A stretch of DNA of 64,000 nucleotides from Balanoglossus misakiensis. Its lineage: Eukaryota; Animalia; Hemichordata. This document shows, piece after piece, positions 39,537 through 51,974 of the stretch; within the stretch, counting starts at the first letter, position 1, and each line of letters begins with the position of its first letter. Both the position numbers and the translations under genes were made by a program. The stretch covers positions 7,065,186 to 7,129,185 of the forward strand of contig CM082589.2 of the NCBI GenBank assembly GCA_040954595.2. Reading direction: 5' to 3'. The notes beneath the pieces were generated by a model. It searched no databases. It was not told where the DNA came from and saw nothing but the letters and a program-made list of their open reading frames with translations.

Positions 39537-41774
39537 TCACTGTGCAAACACACTGATGCAGTGGTTTCCAAAGTCGACCACTGCCACTTTGCAAGGCACA
39601 TCCTTGGTCAGAGCAAGACCGACAGGCAACTGGATACCATCCTTTGCCTCTGCAATGCAGGAGATGAATCTGCCCTGGCTGTCGAATTTCTGTACTCGTT
39701 GGTTTCCCTGGTCGGAGACGTAGACATGGCCATCTGCATCTGTGATGACACACACAGGTAAGTTCAAGCTACCAGGAGCTGAACCAAAGTCACCAAATAG
39801 GTACAACACCTGCCTGAGGTCGACACTAAACACCTGGACACGATGGTTGATCATGTCAGGTACAACTGCCATACCTTCACTATTAACAGCCAAGAAACAA
39901 GGCCTGTTAAATTCCCCCGGTGCAGTGCCGCCGTATCTTCCAGAGACTGCAATGTACTGACCCTGCTGTGTGTACTTTCTGACACAGTGTGTTGTTTTAT
40001 CTGTGTCATCGCCCTTCCCATCGTAATCTGTGACATAAACACTGCTATCTCTAGGGCTGATGGCAATTCCTCGGGGGGATTTCAGTTCCGGGTGTCTGAT
40101 ACATCGAAGTACACGTCCATCTTCATCACTGACAACTATTTGGCTGTTACCATAGTCCGTCATGAAGTATTCATCATCGGCTGATATTGCCACATCCGTC
40201 GACATGAAAGGCCTCTCAAACTGTGGAAACGAGAAACTCCGCTTGTAGTTCCCGTCCATGCCAATGATTTGCACTCGACCATTTCCGTAGTCTGACGTGA
40301 CAAAGTCTCCGTGTCTGTTGATGGTTGTCCCAGTTGGGTAATTGAACTGTCCTCGTCCACTTCCATATCCGCCAATTCTTCTCACCAGCCCCTTTTTGAC
40401 AGAAATGTCAAAAGGGGATCTTGGTACTTGCTGGTTACCGATAGTCACACCAACTTGATGTCTACCTGCCATCAGACCGTGCACAGTCACCACGTGTGAA
40501 CCATCTCTGTTGTCAGTGACTTTGATGTCTTGCAGGGAGCCGTCTGGTCGTCTGATCTTGGCCTTGATATCTTGATGTATCGTTATCTGCTTACCTTTCC
40601 CATTTCTGGTTCTGATGATCAGATTAGTAGAGTCGCCAGTCCAGAGTTGTCGGGTTATGTTTTCAATGGTGCAGTGAGGTACAGATACTTCTGATCCAAG
40701 CGATCCCAGCATACCATGCTCTTGGCGATTGGCAGAAGGATGAAAAGTGATGAAGTCGGTACTTGGTGGCGCCCTTATTTCCATGGTGGCAAGCTCTCCA
40801 ATACGGCGTAGTAGTTCTTGTTTGGAAGACAGGAGCTGCGATGGGTTCCCATGATCCCTAAGTGTTTCGATGTGAGAGCACATGCTGGAAAATTTGCCCT
40901 GTTTGAGTTCTGCTTCATCGAGGTGGGCTTCGGTGGCCTTTAGGGTCAGACTGTAGCTTGTCTTCAGTTCTTCCGCCAGCCTACTCTCTTCCCTACGCAC
41001 CATTCGTACCGTCTCGTCTGCTTTCACTTTCACTCTCTCCTCTTCTTCCCTGTACCGCTCATTGCACTTGTCTCTGTTTTCTCTGGCCAACGCCTTGCAT
41101 CTCTTGGCTTCCTCTTCCTTGATCCTGAACCCGCTCATCATCTCTGCCAGCTGCTTGGCGAACTCATCAGCAGCATCTTGAAGATCTCTGTGGACGTGTT
41201 CGGGAATGCGGTGCTTTACTACAATGCAGTCTGAACACACAGGCACCTGGCAGGTTTCGCAGTGAAACTTGACCACGTTGTCAGGATGGGCGCTGCAGTA
41301 CACTTTATTATGCAGCAGAAGACTGGAAGAGGTGGCTTCACTGTATTCAGTCAGGGTCAAAATCTTATGGCCTCTTGTTATCGGGGTACTTTTGTGCGGT
41401 CTTGTACATGTTGGGCAGAAATTCACGCAACAATCAACGCACCTGTGAGAAGCGACATTATCCTCACACCCAGCGCAAAGTCCAGGGGCGGTATCTGCTG
41501 TCCTTCGCTGCACAATGTCGATCAGCGACTGGATGAAGAAATTGCCCTTCAGGTCTTTCACTCCACCTGCAGGTATTGGGAACTGTGCACCACAAGTGGG
41601 ACAGTCCAACCTGCCCGTCTTGTTCACAAGTTTCGCCAGACACGGTTCACAGTAGGTGTGATTACATAGCAGAAGTTTCGGCTTGTTGTATCGTTCCAGA
41701 CAGATTGAACAACACAGCTCTTCGTCAATTTCCTCAAGGATTTTGTCAGATTTTGAAGGAGTTGCTGAAGCCAT
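39537..41774 (-). CDS. TRIM-NHL E3 ligase (RING, 2 B-boxes, coiled coil, filamin repeat, NHL repeats; TRIM2/3/71-like), 745 aa, single coding exon
   Basis: CSICLERY..LLCNHTYCEPCL..CPTC RING; CAGC..C.DC..C..C..H and CSAH..CETC..CSDC..H B-boxes; DNRDGSH..V.RSPF filamin repeat; G.F..P.G NHL repeats. Confidence 0.95.
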   Translation of the reverse strand: MASATPSKSDKILEEIDEELCCSICLERYNKPKLLLCNHTYCEPCLAKLVNKTGRLDCPTCGAQFPIPAGGVKDLKGNFFIQSLIDIVQRRTADTAPGLCAGCEDNVASHRCVDCCVNFCPTCTRPHKSTPITRGHKILTLTEYSEATSSSLLLHNKVYCSAHPDNVVKFHCETCQVPVCSDCIVVKHRIPEHVHRDLQDAADEFAKQLAEMMSGFRIKEEEAKRCKALARENRDKCNERYREEEERVKVKADETVRMVRREESRLAEELKTSYSLTLKATEAHLDEAELKQGKFSSMCSHIETLRDHGNPSQLLSSKQELLRRIGELATMEIRAPPSTDFITFHPSANRQEHGMLGSLGSEVSVPHCTIENITRQLWTGDSTNLIIRTRNGKGKQITIHQDIKAKIRRPDGSLQDIKVTDNRDGSHVVTVHGLMAGRHQVGVTIGNQQVPRSPFDISVKKGLVRRIGGYGSGRGQFNYPTGTTINRHGDFVTSDYGNGRVQIIGMDGNYKRSFSFPQFERPFMSTDVAISADDEYFMTDYGNSQIVVSDEDGRVLRCIRHPELKSPRGIAISPRDSSVYVTDYDGKGDDTDKTTHCVRKYTQQGQYIAVSGRYGGTAPGEFNRPCFLAVNSEGMAVVPDMINHRVQVFSVDLRQVLYLFGDFGSAPGSLNLPVCVITDADGHVYVSDQGNQRVQKFDSQGRFISCIAEAKDGIQLPVGLALTKDVPCKVAVVDFGNHCISVFAQ

Positions 41775-42241
41775 ATCTGTCGTACTAAATGTGCTGAAAC
41801 TTGATGTTTGCCGAGAGATATTATTTGCAGTAAGACTCTCTGGGTAGTGACACCCTTGTATGCCTGCCGACCACCTATGTACCTGTCTATTTATTTACTT
41901 TCGCTTTGCATGGCCTGTTAAGTATACAAGTCCAACCCATAATTCTGTGCTTTGTCCATAGAGTTGAGGAGCTTAGCATTCCACAGAAGGGTAATTCTAC
42001 GAATTGTTTATGCTGCCTACATAGTGGCCTTTTATCCTATTGTTGGCAGATTGGGAATTGGATATACTAAATGGGTCGGTTGGTGCCATATATGGGCATG
42101 TTGTCAGGAACGATTAAAAGAAGCGAATTTGGTAATATATGTATTACGGTAATTGCAATATGGCGGTTGTATGATAGAGTAGACCCCGTGTTGAGCGAGA
42201 TATGAATAGAATGATATGATCAGCCGTGAAGAATGACAGAC

Positions 42242-42402
42242 TAACCCAGCGTACAGGTCTGTGTGTTCGCGGCGTTACACACGTACGGCCTCCACCACCG
42301 CGAACCCACAGACCTGTATGCAGGGCTAATGATAGCTCTGGACTTATGCGCTGTTTGGGTCTACGCTGCTCTAGACCCAAACAGCGCATAAGTCCAGAGC
42401 TA
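42242..42402. mobile_element. Two stacked hairpin MITEs with 9-bp TSDs (42242-42328 and 42333-42402)
   Basis: First flanked by ATGACAGAC (42233, restored at 42408). Second flanked by GGCTAATGA (42324, 42403). Confidence 0.85.
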
Positions 42403-43239
42403 GGCTAATGACAGACCAGCCATTCAAGATTTGATTTACAATGTAATACAAGCTACCACATTTTTCAGTAAATGAGTCGATGTCGAATGTCGTTCGGGGT
42501 CGCAGAGCGCATGCCGTGCATTTTGATAGACACATGACGCACCCTGCACAGGAGGACTGATTAACAGACCACGCATTCTCCAACATAGGTCAAACGAGGG
42601 CGTACCCATGGAAATGGTGTTTCCCCTGTACATTGTATCATACTGGTTGTACGGCGTGAGATTTTGTTTCCACTGTACTGATATTGTAATACATGTAGGC
42701 TATCATTTCAACAGATATTCACACTCATGGAGTGAAAGAAATTTTATTACGCTAATTACACGTAGCCCACTATCGGGTACCAAATACTATAGAATTCAGA
42801 AGGCAAAGTGAAGCCAAAACTGCGTTACAGTCACCAATTATTTTCCCAAACACTTTAAGAAAGTCCCACTCAGAAAAAAAACGATCCTCAGTCTGTACAA
42901 ATTGTATAAAGTACAATGGTATTACTATTATTGTTACAAAAGCTAAAACCGAAAGCGAGTCTGCCGCGAAATATGTTCTCGTGGTGAGGGTGTGCAAAAA
43001 GCATGGACTATTTCAATGAATTGATTACATAAAGAATGTTGATAGCATAGTTTGCTAATTTTGTCATATACTTTCCGTATCTTCAAATTGGGTGTTGACA
43101 GGTGCTCTGGTAACCCAAGATTCATATATGCGACAAAGTAACACAGACAAGCAACTGTGACGTTTTTTTAAATCTTTAATACGCAGTTAGGCTAATGAAC
43201 TTTTACACTAGGCCTCCAGGCCTATCGGTACTTCCATTT

Positions 43240-46200
43240 TTATCCATTGCCGTCGTCGCCGCTTGAATCGCCAGCGAATCGGATATCTTCCTCATCTTCT
43301 TCAGAGAAGGCGTGCATGAACGTCTCGGGCCGGATCGGCAGAAACTTCTCAGCATCGGCAATGGCTGTCTTCAAGGAAGCCGTCAGGTTCATGGGTTCGT
43401 CTTGGCCGACATCTTGGTCGTCGCACACAGCGCCCTCTATGTTTTTCATCGTGGAGGTCAAGCTATCCAACGTTGACACGACGTCGTACTTGAAATCGAA
43501 CATGTTCTGCTTCAGTTTCAGCATCGTCGGGTCATCTTTGTCTTCCTGCAGCAGCTTGTCAAAGACGTATCGATCGGTGATCTTCTGTGTCAACGCCTGA
43601 AAAAATGAACGCCATCAGACGATTAGTCTCGGTTACCCAGACCCCTCTGCTTCTTTCTGGAGTGCCCAACGGAAGAAGCAGAGGGGTCTGGGTAACCGAG
43701 ACTAATTTTGACCGTGCTATGTCATCTTAGGAGTGAACCATTTTATTTCTAAATGGGGGGGGGGGGGTGAGGCTTGTTTTGGGAAAAAATGTTGGCAGTT
43801 AACTTCCATTTTTTTCACCCAGAAAAATATGGTTTACCATAAAATACTCAAATCGAAACATGTATCATCGATTTTTCACAACTTACCCGGTATTCCGAGT
43901 CTATGCTTCCTTTGGGGAGTAACTGCAATGTAAATATCATCGGTTTAAGCTAAATCTTTTGGTTTGAGTCAGCACTGATATAGACAGACACATACATCTG
44001 ACGGTAGTCTAGTACCTAGCCGTATTTTGTCCGCTAAGTGGACAAAATACGGCTAGATTACTAGACTAATCTGACGGATACAAACAGGCAAACAAAATGG
44101 CTGACCACGGTTTGACCGTGGACTGAATAACAAACTGACTATCACTTACCATTAAGCTATTAAAAACCATGCACTGACTGATCGATTGCGAAACAAACAA
44201 AAACTGCATGGGAATTATTGATGAATAACAATTAAATACCGATGTTTATGACTGATATCTTAGAGGTGAAGACATAGTGAATACAATCAGTTCTGGGCGA
44301 TGTTTGTAAACCAAACCTTTTCTTTCTTTACTTTTTGCTTGATCAACTTCCCAGCACAGGGAATGATTTGCAGCAGGTTGAATGGGGGCGCTAGCGCGGC
44401 AGTGTCCTCCAGGAAGTACAACCAGAGAAGGGATCTTGCATACTTCCATTCCATGTCTGCATCGCCCTGCAAATAAAACATAGGGAGACATTCATCCCGG
44501 GGGTCACACACACACACAATAGTGAACCCCAATTTGAAGCCCACATTCTCAACCCTGTTCACTATACATGTAATAATTAATTTTTACTGTGTGTTAGACG
44601 TACTGATTACCATGGAAACCAAACAAGCGCGTCACGTGATTCCTACCTCGATTCGTTGGTACGTGTGACTCATCATTGCGATGAGCACGTTCATCAAGAC
44701 GAGGACGGCGACCACGTGGTACAGCGCGAACAGGATGTTGGCCACGGCCTCGGTGAACCAGAGGCGTGGCCAGCCGTCGTCTCCCGCTTGCAAGCTAGAG
44801 GTGTGGACCATCCCGAACAGTGTCCAGAACAGCGTGATGATGGAACGAGGTATACTGTGGAAGGGACACATAGAATCAGACAGTGGCATGTGCAGATGTG
44901 CCAAGGTGGGGGGGGGGGGGGCTTCAGAAAGATTATAGTCCCTCACACCTTTCAAGTGTGTGAGGAGTCGTTGAAGACAAATAAAACCAGGTATGAACTG
45001 AATGTCCTCGCGTGATACAGAAAATGGATCACGCGATCACGAAGGCAGGACTCAGCGTACGCAGTTGACCAGTTATAGCGAAATTTAACAGTGCTTGTCA
45101 TTCGAACATAGAGCCAGTGTAGCAAGGCTGATCGAAATCTGATCGTCCGTTCTTAAGATATCGTGCCTACAGACAGAGAGAAACATACATACAGAAGAGG
45201 CGATAACATTACCTCGCTATCACGCGAGGTAAAAAGGTGCTCACCGTCACTATTCATATTGCAGAATTAGAAAGGTGGCGTTCTGGGATATTCAACTAGA
45301 AATGTCAGAGTTCAATCTAATATAAATGTAACGTATCACCAATTGGATAAAGATAAGCTTATACAGCAGAGGAAGACAGAACGAGTGCACAAGCTGTATA
45401 ATTGGTCTTTGCTTTGTTGATGTATTGAATCGAGCGCATGAATTTTAAGCTGCTGGTGGTGCTCAGGTGTCGGCTGACTTACCTTGTATACATGTGCTCT
45501 GAACAATCTGTGTTGGGACTACATTGCACTTTATTGTACAAATAGAACAGTTGGTGCATGCCGACGGAAAAGGCAAACAGCACCACAGAAAATATGACCA
45601 GAAATTTGCAAATGTCGCTTCCCATGCGCCCGAAGGATATCTGCATTGGACCGATCTGAAAGTGGACAACTGTCATTCTGGCCAGCCTGAGGAAGCTCAA
45701 GACTTTGGCCACGGCTAAGATGCCTTCCGCTAACAGGAACGGATGTGTTGACGCCATTGACGAAAAGGGGGCACTCAGCTTACTGCGGGGCTTACCCCCC
45801 TCCCCGCGGTTGTGGAAACGACTCACGGCGCGGCGAACCCGAGCACTTTCTTGTTGGCGCGACTCTCCGGGGACTTCGCCCTCCACGTTCTTTAATGTGC
45901 ATTCGAGACTTCCCAGATCCCGAAGATCTGTCACCAAGCTGCCTGCCTGGGCCAAGTTCTCGAACGTGTACTGCCGGAACGTGTCGTTACTACTGCAGTT
46001 GATGGACAGCAGATTCCGGGACTCCCCTCCGTCAAGTGACGCGTTCCTCAGCGTCGCCACAGCAACAGTGGGCAATCCATCGACATCTGCGCCGTAATAC
46101 ACCTGTTAACATGAATACAGTGACGAATTATGCAAATTACTTGCGCCTTGCTGGACTGAAAGCAACATGGCGTGTACTAACCACGCTCTCGAATTTATCC

Positions 46201-49200
46201 GTTATGATTGTCGTACACAATATCGGAGCCCATGTGAACAGTTCATTTTCTGCGGCGTACAATGGGTTTCGGGAACCAAGTCTTTCTTTCATGACGCCGT
46301 TCATTTTCTGTGCCCCGCGCAAATTCTTCAAGTTCTGGCTGCGTTGGAAATTGGTAAAAACTGAACAGCGTGGCGTGTTGTGAATGCTGATGGCATACCT
46401 TGGGACAGAGATATACAAGCGAGGTTCCGCGAGCAGGGGATGAAATAAGGTTAGTACATATGTTAACCCCTGTGCGGAAAGTACCGGGGTTCGGATTAAC
46501 GTGTGTTTGTATAGTTGTTTATTTGGGAGTGGTCGTCGTGCATAATGACTGTGTACATGTAATTGATCTCATGTACATAGAAAATAATTGAACCACACTT
46601 TACACTTCCACGCGATTGACAGCTCTTTGAATGGCGTGGTTATTGCTTCCCAGGGACGCTTCTGAAAAGCACTGAAACCAGATTTCTCCCTAAATCATCG
46701 TTGTTTCAAAAGCTCGTGTACTTTTTCGTCGATAACTTTATGTTGTGTGTGTTAACAAAGCCAACTACTGTCGTTGTGTGGTGTAATTCTTTATGCTTGG
46801 ACCTGTTTGGGCCGATTTTCATAGAGCCAAGATCGTTGGTGTTGTACTGTTGTCAGTTAAACGGCATTAAGATTCGCCACTGATTTGGGGGGCCTTTTAT
46901 ACCCAGCACCGGGGTTTAATTAAGTTGTTCTTTTATATATAAAAAGCACTTGCAGGTGTTGAAGGTGTTCAGAATATTAATACTTCTCAGTGCTCCTATG
47001 TTCCACGTGAGAAAATGCAAAAACACTTACCATAATCCCAGCGTATACGCGCAAAGCAATCCATGACCAGTAGAGTCCGAGTGTGAACAGATCGAACAAC
47101 TTGGCCTGTTTGTTAAAAGCCAAATAGCGTCCCCTTTTGCACCAAATTTCGTGAATCTCAGACCACGTGAAAGCTGCATCGTGAAAGATAACATGGTGAC
47201 GTTTTCAAAGTGAGATAATGTATGTGCAGTGAAATCTGAGAGTGAAAATTCTTGAAGATGCCATCTTTGTGGGTTCTTTTAAGTCGGCTACAACATTGGC
47301 AAACGGAACAGGCGCGTGTGGTTATATTGCAAGAACTTCCTACCTGCTATCCACAGGAATATTAGGATTTCGATGGTAGTAGGAAAGAGCGATATGATGA
47401 CGTCACCGCCACTTTCCCATACTCTTCCTCGGTTGTCCACGAACATCTCCAGAGCCAAAAGTAGCAGAAATATCAACAGCGACGACACGTGACAAACGAA
47501 TCGGACATAGGGGACCTTCAGTAGCTGGCCAGGATATAAACCACCGGCGAAAACGTAGCAAAGCGAGAGAATCGGGTAGCACACGGCAAACAAACACGAC
47601 AGCAAGAACGTCCGAGCGCTGCTGAAGTTTTTCCAGTGCGACAGGCCGTTGTACCATTTTTCCACTAAAAACTGCTGACAGTGTGAGTGTGCAACGAACT
47701 GGGTAGAAAACAAGTGGTGGTTTAGCATGCACGTTGGAGTCACAAAGAAATAGCGGAGGCATACTTTCCCCAAAGCTAGACATAACCATTAAGGGGACAA
47801 AGTCTCTCTCTCGCTGCCCTTTTTCCATTGATTAAGTTTGATACAAGACACTGTTTATGTTATTCTACATGTGGATATATATAGTGAATCAACGTTAAAT
47901 AATGAAATAACAATGACCAAATGTCTTTCTCAAAGCTAGACATAAACCATAAAAATTTAATGACAAAATATGTCAAATTTTCAACATAACCGTTCGATAA
48001 TGACACAATAACAGCCAAATAATCAAATACTAGCAATAGCATAGGTGACATAAGTTCTAAATAAGACGTACATCAAGTTAATTAATTTTCTATACTGAGC
48101 AAAAAATGCACATCAGATATTGATAAACTCAGTATCAAAACATACCTTCTTCTGACTATATCTAATAGCTGTACCGATTTTTGCGGTGTTCTTCTTTCGA
48201 CCGGAGCAATTAGTCATCAGTAACTGCTGTTCTGCGCTGTCCTTGACGTAATTCAGCAAATTGGCGGCAAAGTCTTCGCAATTCCGCGCCATTTCTGTGT
48301 ACTCGGCGCGGAATTCGAAATCTTGGACGCTCAGTTTCCGCATACTGTGACTCAGCGTGAAGGCGTCTTTGAACGGATCTTCGCTGGTCAGGCAGAGGCA
48401 CGCCTCGCTCGTGATTGCCCGGTAGATGTTGATCGTGCCGATGGAGTGCTCGAGGGAAAACTCCCGCGTCTTGAAGTTGAACGATTCGGGCAGTGGGATG
48501 TGGGCGCCATGATCCAGCAGAACTTTCAAGATGGCGTAGTTGTTCTGATGGGCGGCCAAGATGGCCGGCGTCATGTCTGCATGGAAGTCGTCGTTCGTGG
48601 CATGACACGCCAATCCATCCTGAAAGGAAAGGGTTTCGTCTATATTGTTCAAATTTAGCAGCGAATTAAAGTTAAAATACTATATTAACGTCAAACCCGA
48701 CCAACTAAAGCGTTTACATAACATGTGACATCCGCGCAGACGACAATTTTTGAAGTATACTTACCGGAAGTAGATGTCTTTGCTCCAGGCCTTGACAAAT
48801 GATTTCCACTGCCGGAAGCATCTGAATATGAACAGCCCTCAGCAATATATCGCCAAGTTCTACAGCTTGGTGGTTTACCAATAGCTCCAGAATTACTACA
48901 AAAGATGAACGAGAGAGCATTTCATTGCAACACGCAAATTATATTAATTTTAACGGTCTATTAAAAAGATGTCTTCAGCTCTTCGGATTCGAGTGAACAA
49001 ACGACGTAATGCTCTCAAACTTAGTTCTATGAAAACGTAGCGTTTTTGTAGACTTGCTCCAAGTCTATGGGCTTCATTATGTGTAGGGAACGCTTGGTCG
49101 ACGCTACCCGAAACCAACAGCTCAGTCCCAAATTCGGAACTCACCCCACTACCAAAAACACGCCCAAGGCAAGCATCCACGCAAAAAGTATTTAAATTAT

Positions 49201-50427
49201 TTATTAAGACAAAAAAAACCACCGAAAACACAAAAAGTATTGAGATTTAAAAATCACCAATCGACTAGTGGGCTAGTCTAGGATAAAAAGTTCTCATGCT
49301 CTCTTGATGATAAAGATTGGTTTAGTCGCTCGTAAAAAGACACAAATCCATTCACATTAGGGATTAAGAGATTAACAGAAGAAATTGACATTCGCTTCGA
49401 CTTGATAGGAGAATTAAAAGGGAATAATCCGGGTAGTACGCACCTCGAAAATCAAAACATTTTACTCAAATTTTCCTCAAGTCATCTTTAGATTATTCTT
49501 TCTTAACGAAATAAACTTTTGGCAATGAATTTTTATGAAAAAGATGGTGAAACCCTTTCTTTAAAAATGTTTCACTTTTGTACAGCATGGAATGAAAATG
49601 TTTTGGGGACTATTGTTTTTCTGAAATTCCGTCCCTGAGTTGCGTATCACCCAAAGGACAATACACTAACAATCAGTTATTACAGGATTAAACTCAAGGG
49701 CACCTTCATAGCAACTTTTTATCCTATAATGTTCATAAACCCTTCCATATAATTACTTAATTAACAGGTAAATGATGACATGCAATTTGAAGGCGTCATA
49801 AAATTCATCAAAATAAGATTCGGGATATGTTCATTTTCGGAAGTTGGTAGACGCTTTGAACAACAAGGATTAGTCATTTTAAAGATCTTGTCATTACTTT
49901 TTTTCAGTATTTTTCTTCCATATGCCAGCTTCCACAAATTAACTGAAATCTTTGAAACTGCGTTGGCATTTTTGAAAGTTTACTTGTTTTCAGTAAAAAT
50001 ATTAGAATTGCAGTTTGTAAACTAAAATGGTCAAGAATAACAATGAAATGTAAGCTATTTTCCAGATCTTATCACAAAGTTCTAGAAGTTCCAATCGCGT
50101 TAACAAATTTTACCTTTACTGTACATAGAAGTTATGAATTTTGAAAGGTCACCCTACAATTCTCTACTATACTGAAACTTAACTTTCGTTGGCTGGAACA
50201 TTACTTTTAAAGGATTACTTACCCAAAGTGCCATTTTGTAAGGCGATCATGAGGGCATTCTTGTCATGTTTGTCCACGCAGTTAACGTTGAAGTATTCCC
50301 ACCTCTCAAGCGCCATCACCAGTCCCGCTTTTTCGCCTCGCTCCACCAGCTCCAGGAATATATTTTCCAGAGCTGCGCGGACGGCTGCAGGGCTCATAAC
50401 CCGCACTTCTTCAAGTTCTCCATTCAT
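43240..50427 (-). CDS. TRPC-like cation channel, ~892 aa; exons 50427-50223, 48895-48765, 48619-48146, 47698-47344, 47173-47031, 46102-45483, 44854-44647, 44466-44317, 43922-43887, 43596-43240
   Basis: Ankyrin repeats (NVNCVD..NALMIA, DMTPAILAAHQNNY), AIRYSQKKFVAHSHCQQ, IGPMQISFGRM, pore LFWTLFG, S6 VLMNVLIAMMS, TRP box EWKYAR, APPFNL. All junctions GT-AG and in phase. Confidence 0.92.
43624..43704. mobile_element. TAGTCT...AGACTA hairpin MITE
   Basis: Arms tagtctcggttacccagacccctctgcttc and its mirror. TSD not evident. Confidence 0.75.
44005..44068. mobile_element. 64-bp TAGTCT...AGACTA hairpin MITE with 9-bp TSD
   Basis: Flanked by ATCTGACGG at 43996 and 44069. Confidence 0.9.
46463..46919. 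mobile_element. Second copy of the ~450-bp TTAA element
   Basis: Highly similar to 32203-32650. Confidence 0.9.
49049..49281 (-). mobile_element. ~230-bp TAGACT...AGTCTA element, copy 1 of 4
   Basis: Reverse complement of 51079-51305. Confidence 0.85.
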
Positions 50428-51078
50428 GGTGAAGTGAACTTGGACTTGTGACGAACGATTTACGCGATGACACAGCGGCGAGTGCGAGTCTGTGAACTGG
50501 CATCGAACAGGAATCCTGTATGATCTACGCGCTCGACGCAGAGACAAGAAGTGTTACACTCATGTCTGTTATTATGCAAATGAATGCGTGTCATTGTTCA
50601 GTATGTAAATGAAGTCGCCGCCTAAATAATAATATTCTGGCATTGATACTGCTTTTGTCACACATGCATGACTTAGGAAATTCAACACTTGCTATAACCA
50701 AGTGAGAAAAAACAGTACTTTCTAGAAACGTTTCAACCGAGAGATTATTTTTTCATGGAAAAGGATTAGCAATCAAAAGATAATCTTCGAAATTAAAGAA
50801 ACATTGCCATATATTAAAGTAATCCGTGCGGTGATTTTTATTCATTGGCAAACTGATTAGTTTGAATTTCAAGTTGGCCATCCAGAAGATTGATGAATCA
50901 GTGCCAATAGTGAAGAAGATTTATTGTTGTACAATGTAATTGTAAAATATTGCATTATCAAAGTGATGTATGTTCCATAATAACACAGCTCGCCCGTCGC
51001 GTCTTTGCTGTCACGTTATATAAGGCAGATTTATTAGCAACAGTTCTAGGCTAGAACTGTTGCTAATAAATCTGCCTT

Positions 51079-51305
51079 TAGACTAGCCCACTAGTCGCTT
51101 GGTGATTTTTAAATCTCAATACTTTTCGTGTTTTCGGTGGTTGTTTGTCTTAATAAATAATTTCAATACTTTTTGCGTGCATGCTTGCCTTGAGCGTGTT
51201 TTTGGTAGTGAGGCGAGTTTCGAATTTGGGACTGAGCTTGTGGTTTCGGGTAGCGTCGACGCGTTCCCTACACATAATGAAGCCCACAGACTTGGAGCAA
51301 GTCTA
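51079..51305 (+). mobile_element. ~230-bp TAGACT...AGTCTA element with 9-bp TSD
   Basis: ATCTGCCTT at 51070 and 51306. Inserted at the edge of a ~60-bp palindrome (51021-51079). Confidence 0.9.
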
Positions 51306-51660
51306 ATCTGCCTTATAAAGCGAACATAATGATAAAATTAAGTGCGATGTTCGGTCATAATCCGGCCTGACGAATACTGGATGACTGGACTGTTCACCGT
51401 GTATGTTTTTGTTTGTTTTCACAGTTCATACAGGTACCGGATCAAATTGAAATTCGATGTTGCCTTGCATTTTAGTCTAGATGTGATTAGCAACGATGTC
51501 TATTCATTGACAAACTGGTTGGTTTGAATTTAAAGTTGGCCATCAAGAAGATTGATGAATTAGTGCCAACAGTGAAGAAGATTACATTTTATTGTTGTAC
51601 AAAGTAATTGATGATTTCTGCACTTCGTTAAAATATTGCATTATCAAAATGATGTATGTT

Positions 51661-51974
51661 TAAGCAATAAAACACCCCCAGCCATGGTATACCACGAGAT
51701 TTTGACCAGTTCACGACATATACGCACGAGCGATAGCGAGTGCGTATATGGAGTTGAACTGGTCAAAATCGAGTGGTATACCATGGCTGGAGGTGTTTTA
51801 TTGCTATTATATTATGCCAGTATATTGAAACTTTGCATAAAACATTTTAAAAAGGCATTTTCTTTAACTATGATATATGACTGTGGTATATGGCTAATAT
51901 ATCACGGTCACGTGTCGTGTCTCGACCAATCAAATAGCGTGATTTACACCATCAATATACTGGTATAATATAAT
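51661..51974. mobile_element. Insertion with a ~145-bp 5' palindrome and no evident TSD
   Basis: Interrupts gtatgtt|ccataata, which is intact in the duplicate segment near 50970-50985. Confidence 0.75.

Noticed and set aside
50428-50547. N-terminal extension of the TRPC ORF from TTG
   Set aside because: Non-ATG start from the ORF caller; the first in-frame ATG is at 50427. The same applies to the GTG start at 2072.
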